A stretch of DNA of 64,000 nucleotides, taken from Octopus vulgaris (Eukaryota). The stretch spans positions 136,090,001-136,154,000 of the forward strand of contig OX597816.1 of assembly GCA_951406725.2 (NCBI GenBank), in the 5' to 3' direction. Below, piece by piece: positions 39,989 through 52,899 of this stretch. Position 1 is the stretch's first letter. Each line of letters opens with the position of its first letter. The position numbers and the translations under genes are program-made. Below the pieces are notes generated by a model. It made no database searches and was not told the origin of the DNA. It saw nothing but the letters and a program-made list of their open reading frames with translations.

Positions 39989-40734
39989 ATTATTATTATT
40001 GTTATTATTATTATCATTGCAGAAAGGAAGAAATTGCCCTAAACTCGTCAAAATTATTTTCCTTAAATACAAAGTGTACATTTTTAAAAACAGCAGAATG
40101 CCAACAAGATGTCTATCAGTATATTTTTAATTACAATCTATTTACTTTCTTTCCTTAGCCAAATATTCAAAATCTAAGAAAATATTTGGGTGTGCTTAAA
40201 CACTAAAAGTTTAAAATATGTAAGAAATAATGCAATGAGTCAGCAAAACAAATATCATAATGGTTAAGCAATTAGGTATCCTGAAAAATGTTACAAATAT
40301 CTGAAATGGTAAATTATTATTATCTAAAAGAAAATTTTAATTTCCAATTCCAAAACACTATATTCTTTTCCTATTTTATTTAAAAAGTTGGATATTCACT
40401 AGATTTTTCTTATTAAGAATAATTGCTCTTAAAAGTGGAAAAGCAAAATAAAAATCATAGTCTATCTTATTTTATTTTATTGCTCTCTGATAATTTTATT
40501 AATAAACCAATGACTTTTTCAGGTATCAAATGTTCAATTACTAAGCAAGTTTATTCCTAAAGTCAGACTAAACTGGTTTCTATCCTCTTCACCTTTTCAT
40601 TCTTCCACTTAATATATCACTGAAAGCATCAGACTATAAACTCCTGGGAAACTATTCAATCAGACCAAACAAATTGCTAATTCAAATTCCAAATCTAGTA
40701 CTTGTCGCAAAATGTCGAAAACTTGCACAGAAAG

Positions 40735-41520
40735 TTCCAAACCTTGAAAGAATAGTCTTGAGTTCAGACATAATAAAAAAGGTCAACATGAACTTTAGGA
40801 TATTGGGTTAACAAAGATCAAACTGCTAGTTAGTAATAAACAAAGAACGCAAAATTCTAATACCATCTGACAAGTGATCTTGCTTGGTATATATGAACAG
40901 CGTATGTAGGAAGTTAACGCTTTATACTCAATGGATACACAAAAGATGGAATGTTATCTCCAGCATTCTCACAGTGAGCCAAAACTTCAAATATACTTGC
41001 TATGTAATTAGCAGTAAAGGTACATGCGAAATGAAGTCCATGAACGATTCATTAGGTGTACATTGAGAACTTGTTACTGAGCTGATTCACTTAGTGGCTG
41101 GGCAGAAAGTATAAGGACTAGAGAAAGAAATGGAGAAAGTATAGGAAGCTGTTGCCTCAGTTGACAACGGGTTTCTCATTGTGTTAAAAGATTGTGTGAA
41201 GCATATGAAAAATGTGATGCAAGGTCTTGAGATATGGGTATTGAATGTGGAATGTCTGAAAAAAATTAGATAGAGAGATGAGATAGCAATGATATGTGGG
41301 ATATGTAATGTTAACTTGAAAGGCAAAGATACAACCGAGCCAAGAAAGTACCTAGACACTAGAGACAGTGGAAATGAATGCAGCAGAAATGACTTAGTGG
41401 AATGAGAAGAAATGATATATGCTAGGAGTGGAAGGTACCTATAACTATGGCAGAATGACTTGGGGAAAATTTGGGAAGAAATTGTGATGTTTGGTAGGTC
41501 ACTAGATCTTATACACAAGC
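40735..41520 (+). mobile_element. Highly degraded RTE LINE
   Basis: Remnants TKIKLLVS, WIHKRW, WRKYRKLLP and GLEIWVLNVECLKKL in the same order as in the 12.4 and 24.2 kb copies. Confidence 0.6.
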
Positions 41521-42922
41521 TAAAGTAAGACAGAAAAAAACTGCATACTGTAGATCTGTCTAAGCCAGTGGTTCTAAACCATTTTTTACCTATGGACCCC
41601 TTTGATTCCTATTTTATTCTACTGGACTTCCATATCCATTCAATGTATAAAAAAATAAAATCCTACTGTATTTTTATAATTAAATATTATTAGGAATTGT
41701 ATAAAAAAATTTATTTTGTGTATTATAGAAGTATAACCAATTTAATGCACATAAATTTTAACGGCAAAATCTTATATGGACCCCCAGACACCATACATTA
41801 AGACAAGATGTGCCTAATATATAAACCTTACCAAGCTATTTCTTCTATTGCTATTAAAAAGCTTTTAAGAACCTACTAGTTACATCATACCTGCTTCTTA
41901 CTATTTACATGTCTTCCAAACTTATTACAAACAATTCTGCATACATGTCAAACTGCATGAAGTTTTTAGATTTATTCCAGTTATTATTCAACTTGTCTAA
42001 GATATTGGAAGGCAACCAATCATAAATTCTTAATTGACAAAGAAAAAGAAAAAGTGGTCAAGATAGAGTCGAAAGTTTGTTTGAAGAAAGATTACAAACA
42101 CATTTATTCCAAACTTTGACCATAATTCTTGGTAGAATTAGAAATACAAAACTCGACAGGATGAAGTGATATATCACTTTGGTAGAAACCTAAGTGACAG
42201 CAAACAAGCATACCAATAAAACAAACACAAGAATCCCTATGCAGTTGTTTGACCTGCTAGAGATAGCAGTCAATTCTCCTTGAATCATATGCTACCATCT
42301 TAAAAAAGGAAAGAACACATTATACAATGTAATTCTAGACATAATTCTAAAAGAAAGGATGGTCACAGTTGCAATATTTTTTATGATAGGTCTACTAGAT
42401 CAGACTTAAGTTGAGGGCTAAACAACGATAAATTAATAACCAGTTTGGTACATTGAGACCTCTTACTAAGCTTATGATGTATGTTAGCAAGTTTAACTAG
42501 CAAACAGTTTTTATTTTCTATCAAAAGTAAAAACATTTGTTTTTCTTTTTTATTAAGAGAAGCAGAAGTAGTTACGTGATCATAATTAATGAAACATACC
42601 ACAAGTATATCAAAAGGAAAATACATGAATAAAAATAATAACTAAATCAATCTAATTTAGATGCATAAATAACACAGTAAATCCTAACCTGGTTATAATA
42701 TATGACCTAAATAATGAGAGGTAAAATTAAAGCTACTGAATTTTTTTTTTCTTCTGTATTTACATAATATATTATATTATGAAAGGTGTGTCTTGGTTAC
42801 TAAATTTGAATAAATACGAACACAGTTTCATGACATATTTGCTATAGGTGAGGTTTGAATGATAGTATAAATGCACCTACAACTTTCGTTGGATCATTAA
42901 GGAATCAGTGAAGATTTTAGCT

Positions 42923-43377
42923 TTAAACCACTTGTTACCATATTTCTGTTAAGATACTCTGTGTTTATTTCAATTAATGTTAACCTTTTAGCATTCAGAT
43001 TATTCTGTCAAATGCAATGCTTATTTGTTCATGTTGTTTTGAATTAATCCCATATTATCTTAAAGCTTTGAGATTTAAATGATGTGATCGTTTTAATTTT
43101 AGAATGACATTGTAGGTGAAGTGTGAAAGGCTAGATCTGGCCGGTTTGAAAACAAAACAGGTCAGATATTTGGGCTGGATATCACCAGTTTAAATACTAA
43201 AGGATTCAATATAACAAAGAATCTAGTAAAATAACTTTGTTATTGTTAAGCTAGTGTTAGCAACATAAATTAAGACTAAGTTTTGGTGAAAGATTTTAAT
43301 TCAGAACTTTTGAAAACAAGGCATTTGTACTACAGAGCCAGAGATGGTTTCAGGCAGATTGGTATCAAAAGAGTTTA
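42923..43377 (-). mobile_element. Family A MITE interrupted by a family B MITE (42980-43208)
   Basis: Reverse family A sequence (cttgttaccatatttc...aattaatg | tataacaaagaa...ggtatcaaaagag) split by ttaaccttttagcattcag...aatactaaagga. Confidence 0.75.
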
Positions 43378-44029
43378 GTGTGTCAGTGACAAATCCATGT
43401 AATTAAGCATATTTCTCTGTAAATTATTGACTACAAACTGACATATAGTGATGCAGTATAAGTAAAAAAAAAAGTGACTCAGTAGGATTTCAACACTGGT
43501 TCATTAACACATCCCACAGAGAAAAGCCTACACGCAGAGAAAGAAACAATGGTAACACACACTCACAGAAATGTCAATTTAGCCTGTTTATAAATAGAAC
43601 AGGAAGGATAAAACAGATATAAATTAAAATCTCAGTAGTACTTCCTCAGATTGCATATAAAATGGGATTGATTCAAATAGAAATAAAAGATAGTGTCTCA
43701 GCATTAAATTCATTCTGACAAAAATCATCCTCATTGTCGTCATCGACATTAATTAACATCCACTTTTCCTTGCCTGCATGTATCAGACAGAATTTGTGGA
43801 GGCAGAGTTTCTACAGCCTAATGTCCTTTCTGTTGCTATCCCACACCTGCTTCGAAGCAAGATAATACTTCTCCATTGCTAGATATGTTTTTCATAGAAG
43901 ACCGGAAACAAACAACACTGCTTGTGTGATGATGATACTTGTTTATAATCATCACGTGATATCAAGTCAAGCGTAAACACAAACACACATACTCACTGCA
44001 TACATACACAGTTATTTATATGACTAGTG

Positions 44030-44665
44030 ACCGAGACTTTTGGAAATATGCTGTGCTTGAGAAGACCCGGCAAGCCAAGTGAGACCATAACCTCGTAACC
44101 TATGCCAGGGGTGTAACCAGCCCACTTATGCATACCTTTCCTTCATTGGATACTAAACTCTGCTTGCGAAGACCTGTTAAGGCAAGTGAAATTGAAATCG
44201 AATTCGGTGACTGGCATCCATGCTAGTGAAGCGCTAAGAGCACCATCCGAGCCTGATTGTTGCCAGAACAGCTAACTGGCTTCCATGCCAGTGGCATGTA
44301 AAATGCACCATTTGAGCGTGATCATTACCAGCGTCGCCTTACTGGCACTTGTGCCAGTGGCATGTGAAAAACCATTCGAATGAGGTCATTGCCAGTGCCG
44401 CTGGACTGGCTCCTGTGCAGGTGGCACGTAGAAAACACCATTTGAGCGTGGCTGTTGCCAGTACCGCCCGACTGGCCCTTGTGCCGGTTGCACATAAAAG
44501 CACCCACTACACTCTCAGAGTGGTTGGCGTTAGGAAGTGCATCCAGCTGTAGAAACTCTGCCAGATCAAGATTGGAGCCTGGTGCAGCCATCTGGTTCGC
44601 CAGTCCTCAGTCAAATCGTCCAACCCATGCTAGCATGGAAAGCAGAAGTTAAACGATGATGATAT
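44030..44665 (+). mobile_element. 5'-truncated RTE 3' end (ORF terminus plus 3' UTR with internal repeats)
   Basis: DRDFWKYAVLEKTRQAK* (compare 25040-25080), repeated gtggcacgtaaaaagcacc units, (GAT)n tail. Sister copies at 46205-46672, 47978-48232 and 62880-63155 (minus). Confidence 0.8.
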
Positions 44666-45574
44666 ATATATATATATAGTTTACTGTTCTATTATAGGTA
44701 GGATCAACAAAGTAAGTACTCTATCCAGTGAGAGATAAATATTATTTGATATAGACAATTCTAAAAAGAACTAATAATAGTTTCATGCTGTAGAGATACA
44801 ATAATTTGGTAATTTTAAAAGCCATTATGCAAACCATCAGTCTTCTTTCCAATGCATTCTGAAAAATAAAGCCACTAAGCTGGCTAGCCAAGTATGAGAT
44901 CTGAAGACCAACTGCAGACCACATACAATGAAGTGGAGAATCATGGAGAAATCTGCAAATTATTCTATCTCTACATCGTGATACTAATAGCAGCTCTTTT
45001 TTAAATTGTGTATATTAAGTGACGCACACACACATGACAGGTTTCTCTCATTTTCCATCCACCAAATCTACTCTTAAGGCTTTGGTCAACCCAGAGCTTA
45101 GCAGAAGACATTTACCTAAGATACTGCATAATGAGATGTAGCCCAAGGCCACATGATTGGGAAGCAAGCTTCTTAACTACACAGCCACACCTGCGCTTTT
45201 ATTTATAATACAGCTGAATAGTCTTAAATTAATTTTCATTAAAAAATGCAATAAATATATAAAAAATATTAATAGTGTCAACTGAATTTTAGAATAGCAG
45301 TTATTTCTGTGAAAAAAAAAAAAACAGTGAGAGAGATAGACTGCCACAAACTGACAGATAACTATTGATCCATGTTACTAAAGATAATTTCAACCTATAA
45401 GGGAAGCAGGCAGCTTTGTCAGCAAATTCTCACACCAGGCAAAGGCTTTGTTGCCTTTTTGAGTATCATCTTTTCTTTCAATGTTTTTAAGGGCATGAGA
45501 CCACTGGTACATAGGAAAGATCTCTTAGGCTCTAAAGATCTCTAAAGCCATATCAGTGATCACTGAAGAAGGGG

Positions 45575-45830
45575 AACAGATTCAAAAGAGACGATCATTT
45601 GTAATCATCTCCATTATCAAAGAGCTGAGAACTAAAGAATGTTAACAATTTCAATGAAATCTCTTTGGTATGGATCCTGTTGGGCGTTACTTTAGTATGC
45701 AGTCTACTGCGGTATCCATAGTCTATGTATGCTATGACAGTGAACCATCAAGGATGTTATTTGGACCGAGTGACTGGAGCACACATGCAGGCTACTGAAC
45801 AATCATGGTTGGATTTCTATGAAAATAAGA
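45575..45830 (+). mobile_element. Merlin (IS1016/ISXO2-like) transposase relic
   Basis: From 45734: MTVNHQGCYLDRVTGAHMQATEQSWLD, matching VNHSxxFVDPxTGAHTQxIExxW. Confidence 0.75.
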
Positions 45831-48532
45831 AGTGTCATTTGTGTTTTCCAGTCACACCTTAATCATATTTGCTGGAAAATACAGAGAAAACTGCAGCAGA
45901 TTTGTTTGTAGCATTCCTAAATTATACATGAAGTATGTACCATTAAAGGATTTAAATGTAAATTGTTTGTATCAGTTATGTAACACAAATGAATTCCATT
46001 ATAATGATGACTATTAATGTACTATTTTGCATTTTTTGAGGATTATAATTCTAATGAATATGACTCATATGATTAATTTTATGTCATTAATAATCCATTC
46101 TACTATAGGCACAAGGCCTGAAACTTGGAGAGATTACATCAACCCCAATGTTCAGTTGGTGCTTATTTTATAGACCCAGAAAGAATAGAAGGCAAATCGG
46201 CTTTGATACCATAACCCGTGGCCTCTACATGGGATGTAGCCAGTCCACTTATGCATACCTTTCCTTCTTGGGACACAAAACTCTACTTGTGAAGACCTGT
46301 TGAGGCAAGTGAAAATCAAAATCGATCAACATCAATGGAAATTGCAGCTCTGATACCAGTGCCAGTGGCACGTAAAAAGCACCATCCGATCGTGGCCGTT
46401 GCCAGCCTCGCCTGGCCTCCATGCCAGTGGCACGTAAAAAGCACCATCCGATCATGGCCGTTTGCCAGCCTCGTCTGGCACCTGTGCCGGTGGCACGTAA
46501 AAAGCACCCACTACACTCATGGAGTGGTTGGCATTAGGAAGGGCATCCAGCCGTAGAAACATTGCCAGATCAGACTGGGCCTGGTGCAGCCTTCTGGCTT
46601 CCCAGACCCCAGTTGAACCGTCCAACCCATGCTAGCATGGAAAGCGGACACTAAACAATGATGATGATGATGAAAAAAAGCCAGAAGAAATAAATACCAC
46701 AAAGCATTTCATCCAGAATGATAATGATTCTGCCAAGCTTGCTGACTTAAGTATGCCATTAATAATAAATCCTTATTCAATATTATTCAACTTGTTTTAT
46801 TGTCCTCTAGTAGTGGAGGTAGACTGCACACTAAAGTCAAAATGTGCAGAGAGACCACCAGGAGAAGTGTAAATGGCTGGGTAGATTGCACACTAAAATA
46901 ACACCAACTGCTGTATATTTGTGTTCTCCAATATCAGATTTTATACTTAAAATTTCATAAATTTAATATTCTACTAGCTATTAATGATATCCATGAACAA
47001 ATTTTGCTATTTCAACACAAAAGCAATATCCATTGCAAACTTATGGCAGTGGAATTGCCATAAGACAACAGAATGATGGTTTGTTCCACTCAGATCTTAA
47101 ATTCAAATCCCATCAGAGTAAATTTTATTGTTTGTCCTTCCAGTATCAGTCAAATGCAATCATTGATTCAGTTAACTTTCTAGTTTATGTCCCAAAAAAG
47201 ATATCTAAACCTTGTAATGCAACTATGTCAAAAGTTGTTCGAATTCATTCTGAGTTCAAATTCGCTTGGGTTACTTGGATTTCAAATCCTTAAGAGCAAT
47301 AGAAATAAGTATTAGGAATACATTACAGATAATTTGAAAATTAGCCTTGTACTTTATTACCAAAAGGAACTACTATTTATTATGAATTTGTAATTGCTTT
47401 AAATGCAACACAGAAAGTGATTAATTAGTAAAACTAATTAATTAATGACATAAGTATAAGCATTCTATAAAAAAAAAATGCATGCAATTAATGTTTACAG
47501 TGGGAAATGAATGTGACCTTATCATATGGCTATAAGCATTATCGCATTCAATTGTAGCAATACTACTTGATGGAATATATGAACAAAAAGAAATTAATCC
47601 CAATGATAAGTCTAAACAAAGATAAAAAGAATCTGATGGGAGATATTGAAAATCAAATTGTATGAGATTAAATTAACTGCAATAAAAATATAAACAACAT
47701 AGGTAAAAATAATGCACTACAATTTGCTGATCTGATAAAATCTAGAATGAGAATACACATTATTAGAAAATATAGTTTTGTTGGGGTTTTTTTCTGATTT
47801 TAAAGAATTAAATATTTTCTTGAAGTGTTATTTATAATAGAGTTACTCATAAAATTTCTTGATTCCACATTCATAAACACCACATTCATGAATGCGGTAT
47901 ATAACATACAGTAGTTGAATAAGTGCAAATCTGTAGTAGCACACACTAATAATACAAAGCTAAATTCAGGAACTACTCCGTGGCACCTGTGTCGGTGGCA
48001 CATAAAAAACACCATTCGAGCGTGGCCGTTCGCCAGCCTCATCTGGCACCTGCGTCGGTGGCACATAAAATCACCCACTACACTCTCGGAGTGATTGGCG
48101 TTAGGAAGGGCATCCAGCTGTAGAAACACTGCCAGATCTGACTGGCCTGGTGCAGCCTTCGTGCTCCCCAGACCCCAGTTGAACCGTCCAACCCATGCTA
48201 GCATGGAAAGCGGACGTTAAACGATGATGATGATATATATAACTAAATATTTCAACTACATGTACTACCAATAGTTTCCCATACATGCATACATTCATCA
48301 GGCACCAATCACACTATACTCCCAAAACTTTAGTTTAAATAGAGAAACAGTTTAGAACCACCACAAAGATAAAGCATGTCTAATGAAAGATACCACCTTG
48401 AGTAAAATGAAATAAAATTAAAATTAAATTTTACTCATCAAGGTGGTATCTTCCATTAGACATGCTTTATCATTTGCTGATTCTAAACTGTTCCTCTATT
48501 TAAACTAAAGTTTTGGGAGTATAGTGCAATTG

Positions 48533-48576
48533 GTGCCTGATGAACGTACGCATGTACAGGAAACTATTAGTAGCGC
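48533..48576 (+). ncRNA. Minimal type I hammerhead motif (mirror copy at 48262-48305, minus)
   Basis: GTGC-CTGATGA-a-cGTAC-gcat-GTACag-GAAA-CTA-T-TAG-TA-GCGC; the 10.1/11.1 pair is non-canonical. Confidence 0.6.
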
Positions 48577-48676
48577 AATAAGTTCATGTAGTTGAAACAT
48601 TTAGTAATATTGAACTCTCATTGGAGAGAGTACAGCTAATTTCTTGTTTAATGGTCATTTTCACAGCATATTTTGA

Positions 48677-48746
48677 TTGCCTCGATAACTGAAGAGATGC
48701 CGGATTTCCACCCCGACATCCAAAACTCGGAGTTTTATTATGGCAA
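48677..48746 (+). ncRNA. Degenerate type I hammerhead (G12 changed to A)
   Basis: TTGCC..ATAA-CTGAAGA-GATGCCGG/CCGACATC-c-AAAA-CTC-G-GAG-TT-TTAT..GGCAA. All three stems are present; GAAA reads AAAA at 48722, consistent with CpG decay. Confidence 0.65.
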
Positions 48747-48776
48747 CTGAATAATTGTCACATATTATATTACAGA

Positions 48777-48825
<49 letters not shown>

Positions 48826-48826
<1 letters not shown>

Positions 48827-49193
48827 CTTTTACTTGTTTCAGTCATTTAACTGTGGCCATGCTGAGGTACCTATTGAAGAATTTTTAGTCAAATGAATCA
48901 ACCCCAGTACTTATATTTTTTTAAAGCCTGGTACTTATTCTATCAATCTCTTTTGCCAACCACTAAGTTATGGGGACATAAACACACCAACATTGGTTGT
49001 GAAGCGGTGGTGGTGGTGGATAAACACACACACATGATGGGCTTCTTTCAGTTTCTGTCTAGTAAATCCATTCACAAGGCTTTGGTTGGCCTGGAGCTAT
49101 AGTAACACTTGCCCAAGGTGCCACACAGTGAAACTGAACCCAGCACCATGTGGTTGGGAAGCAAACTTGTTACCACACAACCAAGCCTGCACC
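48826..49193 (-). mobile_element. Family 1 SINE
   Basis: Homologous to 23716-24116. Confidence 0.85.
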
Positions 49194-49197
49194 TATA

Positions 49198-49703
49198 TCT
49201 ATATATATAAAACTCTAGTTGTGTGAGTGTCTGTCCCCTTCGATTTAGATTCCTAACTCCTCCCACATTTTGCGGTGCAGTTTAACCAAATTCAGGTATC
49301 TTATAGTCGTGATTCATATCGAGCCCGTCTGACTATTAGCGCGCGTCAACGATGAGTCTACGATTTTAAAAATAATTTAACATCATTTTTTATTCCATTT
49401 TAATGCATAAAATGCATCGTGTGTCGATGGCGGTGGAGTTGGCGTCCACGCTCACAGCTGCACCTGTTTGCTTCTCCCCCTTCCCTCCCTCGTGAAGCTG
49501 TGGGGAAGGGAGTGTAAAGAAATCAACGTCGTAATGCGTTGTCAAGGAGACCAGCGTTCTTTTAGAATAACGACTTCATGGCTTGAAGACACCAAAACAA
49601 AAATGGCTAAGAAAGCCCGAATTTATAAGGGAAGTAACTCTCTAAAAATGCTTATATAGTTATTTCCCTTACAAACCCGAGCAACGCCGGGCGATACTGC
49701 TAG
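49198..49703 (+). mobile_element. Non-autonomous Helitron, young
   Basis: A|TCTATATATATAAAAC 5' end, subterminal hairpin CCCGAGCAACGCCGGG, CTAG|T 3' end, no TSD, CpG-rich. Confidence 0.9.
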
Positions 49704-50627
49704 TATTAATATATATATAATGATAAATAGTATGAAAGATAAAGCTGGGTTGTCTAACTAAACACATATAGCAAACAAAAGTTTTGAAGAAAACTAGCAT
49801 ATAAGAAGTGAATGATAATTAAAAGAATATCATTTACTGTCCATTTAACATATGATATTGTTTTCAATTTTTGGTACAAGACCAGATTTAATTTACACTT
49901 TAATTATACAACATATGATATTAATGTCAAGAATGTGTAAAGTGATCTCTAACAGACGAGCAGCTTGAAAAACCAATAGTGAAAAAAATCCAAAATGCAT
50001 TATTACAATAAAAAAGGGAATCCTTTGAAAGGAAATGTCTAAACTAATAGTTTCTTAATTACTTGTCAGGATTTATACTTAAATATCATTAACGACATAT
50101 TTCTAATCAAACATTGTACCACAGAAGATCCATGTAAGAACAAAGAGAAACATAATTAGAAAAATAAACACATCTAACTATGGGACACACTTTAAGTAGT
50201 TGACTCCAACTTCAGTGATGAAAGCATGTCTACTGTCTATGGAAAAAAATATGTAGTGCAAACAAAACATGTATTTAAACTCTTTCAAGCAATTCTCAAC
50301 ATCTGCAAAATAGAATAGCACATGTTGTAGGAAAGGTGAGAGAGAACTGAAAAAGAAAGGCATTTGAAATAGTTGATATATGATAGTGAAAGTATTTTTG
50401 CGTTGCAAAACATGACTTAGATTTGAAGTAGTCAGTTCAACAAATGGTAATCAAGTTTTCTGAACAAGAAGGAAAAAGAAACAATCTCTACAGCTATTTT
50501 ACTGCTAGTAGAAAAACCAGAAAATGTTACTGTCAGAATGTACAACTTTGAAGCTAACATTTTCACATTTAATGCCCATAGCCTAAGTTGACATGTGAAA
50601 GCTAATTCAAGAAAATAATCTAATTAT

Positions 50628-51018
50628 AGGCACAGGTGTAGCTGTGTGATACGAAACTTGCTTCTCAGCCACATGGCTTGAGGTTCACTCCCACCGTGTA
50701 GTGCCTTGGGCAAGTGTCTTATATTATAGTCTCAGGCTAATGTCAAGAATGTGTAAAGCCTTGTGAGTGGGGCTTGATAGGTAGAAACTGAAAGAAGCCC
50801 ATCGTGTGTGTGTGTGTGTGTGCTTGTCCTCCACCACCATCACTTGATAACCAGTGCTGGTGTGTTTACGTGCCCGCAACCTAGCAGTTCAGCAAACGAG
50901 ACCTATAGAATAAGTACTGGGCTTTAAAAATAAAAACACTGGGTTCAATACATTCAACTAAAAATTCTTCAAAGTGATGCCCCAGCATGGCCACAGTCTA
51001 ATGAATGAAACAAAAGAT
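50628..51018 (+). mobile_element. Family 1 SINE
   Basis: Homologous to 19573-19970; contains a foreign 21-nt segment at 50738-50758. Confidence 0.85.
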
Positions 51019-52899
51019 ATAAAATAAATTAAATGTATCCATTAGACTCATGTGGCATCCACTAGGCACACATTTCATCTAGACATTATGCTTTTGAAAT
51101 GAAGAATTCTCAAGTAAATAAACCTCACCATTACTTTTTAAAAGGTTAATCATTAAAAATCTATATTTTCAGTTTTGAACATTAAGATTACAACTATAAT
51201 GTATATCCAACTTTAATTCTTTGTAATTATCCATACTAATTATGAATACTTATGTCATTACAATTATTCATACAGCACTTGGTTACTAAGCATGAATGAT
51301 GACAGAGTGAATGACCACTAATGACTGCTGTGGAGAGAAAAAATAGTATCACAAAGAAAATATAAAATCAAGCAGCACACAAGTGAAGCAAATGAAAGGG
51401 AACTGCTAGATGTTCAGTTGCTGCTCCAACTAACAAAATAATTCATTAGGAAAGTTAACAAGAAATAGTCAGAAATATTTGGATAACTTTTAGCTAAACT
51501 GGTAGATTATGTAATGATGCTCAGTGCAGTAGTTTTGACTTTTTATCTCATTAATTTGCCCTGCATGATAAAAAGATAAAGAAGAAATGTAGGACAATAG
51601 AGTTATTAAAAGCTAGGTGTATGAGAAGTTGTTGTCAAGCCTATCATTAATGGTTAGGGAAATCTTTGAATTGTCCAACTGGAAATGTTACTAACAACAT
51701 GTTTCTATGTAATAAAAATGAAATAACTTAGATGGGTGTTTACATCTGATAATGTGTAATGAAATGAAAAATTATTATTAGCAATTGTAAAGAAACTCAT
51801 CAAGAAAACGGTACAGACAGAGAAAATATGATAAATGTTATGCTAAAATTAAATTGCAACTTACTATACTGCAATTTGATAAAATCACCTAATCTGAGCA
51901 GGCAGTGAATTACTAAGACTATGATATATTTTGGGGGTGAATAATGACAGTAATTAGTATGGTACAATGGAACACTCAGCTAGTACAGTGAAAAATAATG
52001 AAATTGCTTTCTTGTTTAGCTAGTTGCCTAAAATAGAGGCAATAAGAAAAAACTTCACTCAGGTAAATCTTGTTTACAGATGAGACTATAACAAAGTTTC
52101 TAAATACACAAGCCAATAGTACTTAACTTACTAAGCTCTTGGCAACCAATATAAGGATTAACAATAAGTAATTAAGTTAATACAATTAAATCAAATAGGA
52201 AGCATATATGATCACGTGTACTGTTAAGATCTTATATTCACATGTGACGTTTAATAGAGGAAAATAATTCAGAATGTTTTATTCAGACCTATATATTAAA
52301 AAAACAAAAAAGTATATTTTAAATTAAACTTATCTTTCCTATTTCATTTGTACTTTATAGTAAGAAGAGTTATTATTTCAAAATATGAAATATATAAATG
52401 ATAATTATTTTTTAATAAAGTTGTCTGAGAAAGGATAATACTCGTAGTTTGTGGGGAGTTATGGATAAATAAGCCTTTACACTAATTTCAAGTGAATATG
52501 AAAGTCATTTATTTCTAAGCTGCAAAGATGGTATTTTTCTGAATAATCACAAAGAAGTATATATCTAGATACATGTTCATTCAGTCTTTATCTTAAACAA
52601 TGAGGGATAAAAACCCTGAGAGAAAACTATTTTTTTATTTTATCTTATTCTAGCGAGGAGAGACAATGCCCATGCTCTTTGTTAAATTGATGAAGTTGAT
52701 GTTGAACTTCTAAAAGTTGACACTTGTAGAGAAAGAGGTGGGACTGAGTTCTGGATGGTTGCAGTTCCAAGGATGAAGATTTTGGAAAAAGTCCAACCCA
52801 TGCCAATATCAAAAACGGATGTTAAATGATGATGATGATGTCGACGACAACAACAATGATGATGATGATGTTTAGTGCTGGGTTATAGTAGAAATGGCA

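Larger units (their letters stand above)
48242..48780. mobile_element. Asymmetric inverted-repeat element (Penelope-like pLTR) with hammerheads
   Basis: ~165-bp imperfect arms spanning 48242-48605; the right arm runs on through a second hammerhead to (TA)n. Confidence 0.65.

Noticed and set aside
44280-44510. Spaced repeats gtggcacgtaaaaagcacc resembling a CRISPR array
   Set aside because: The spacers are homologous to each other, the repeats are internal to an RTE 3' UTR, the DNA is eukaryotic and there are no cas genes.
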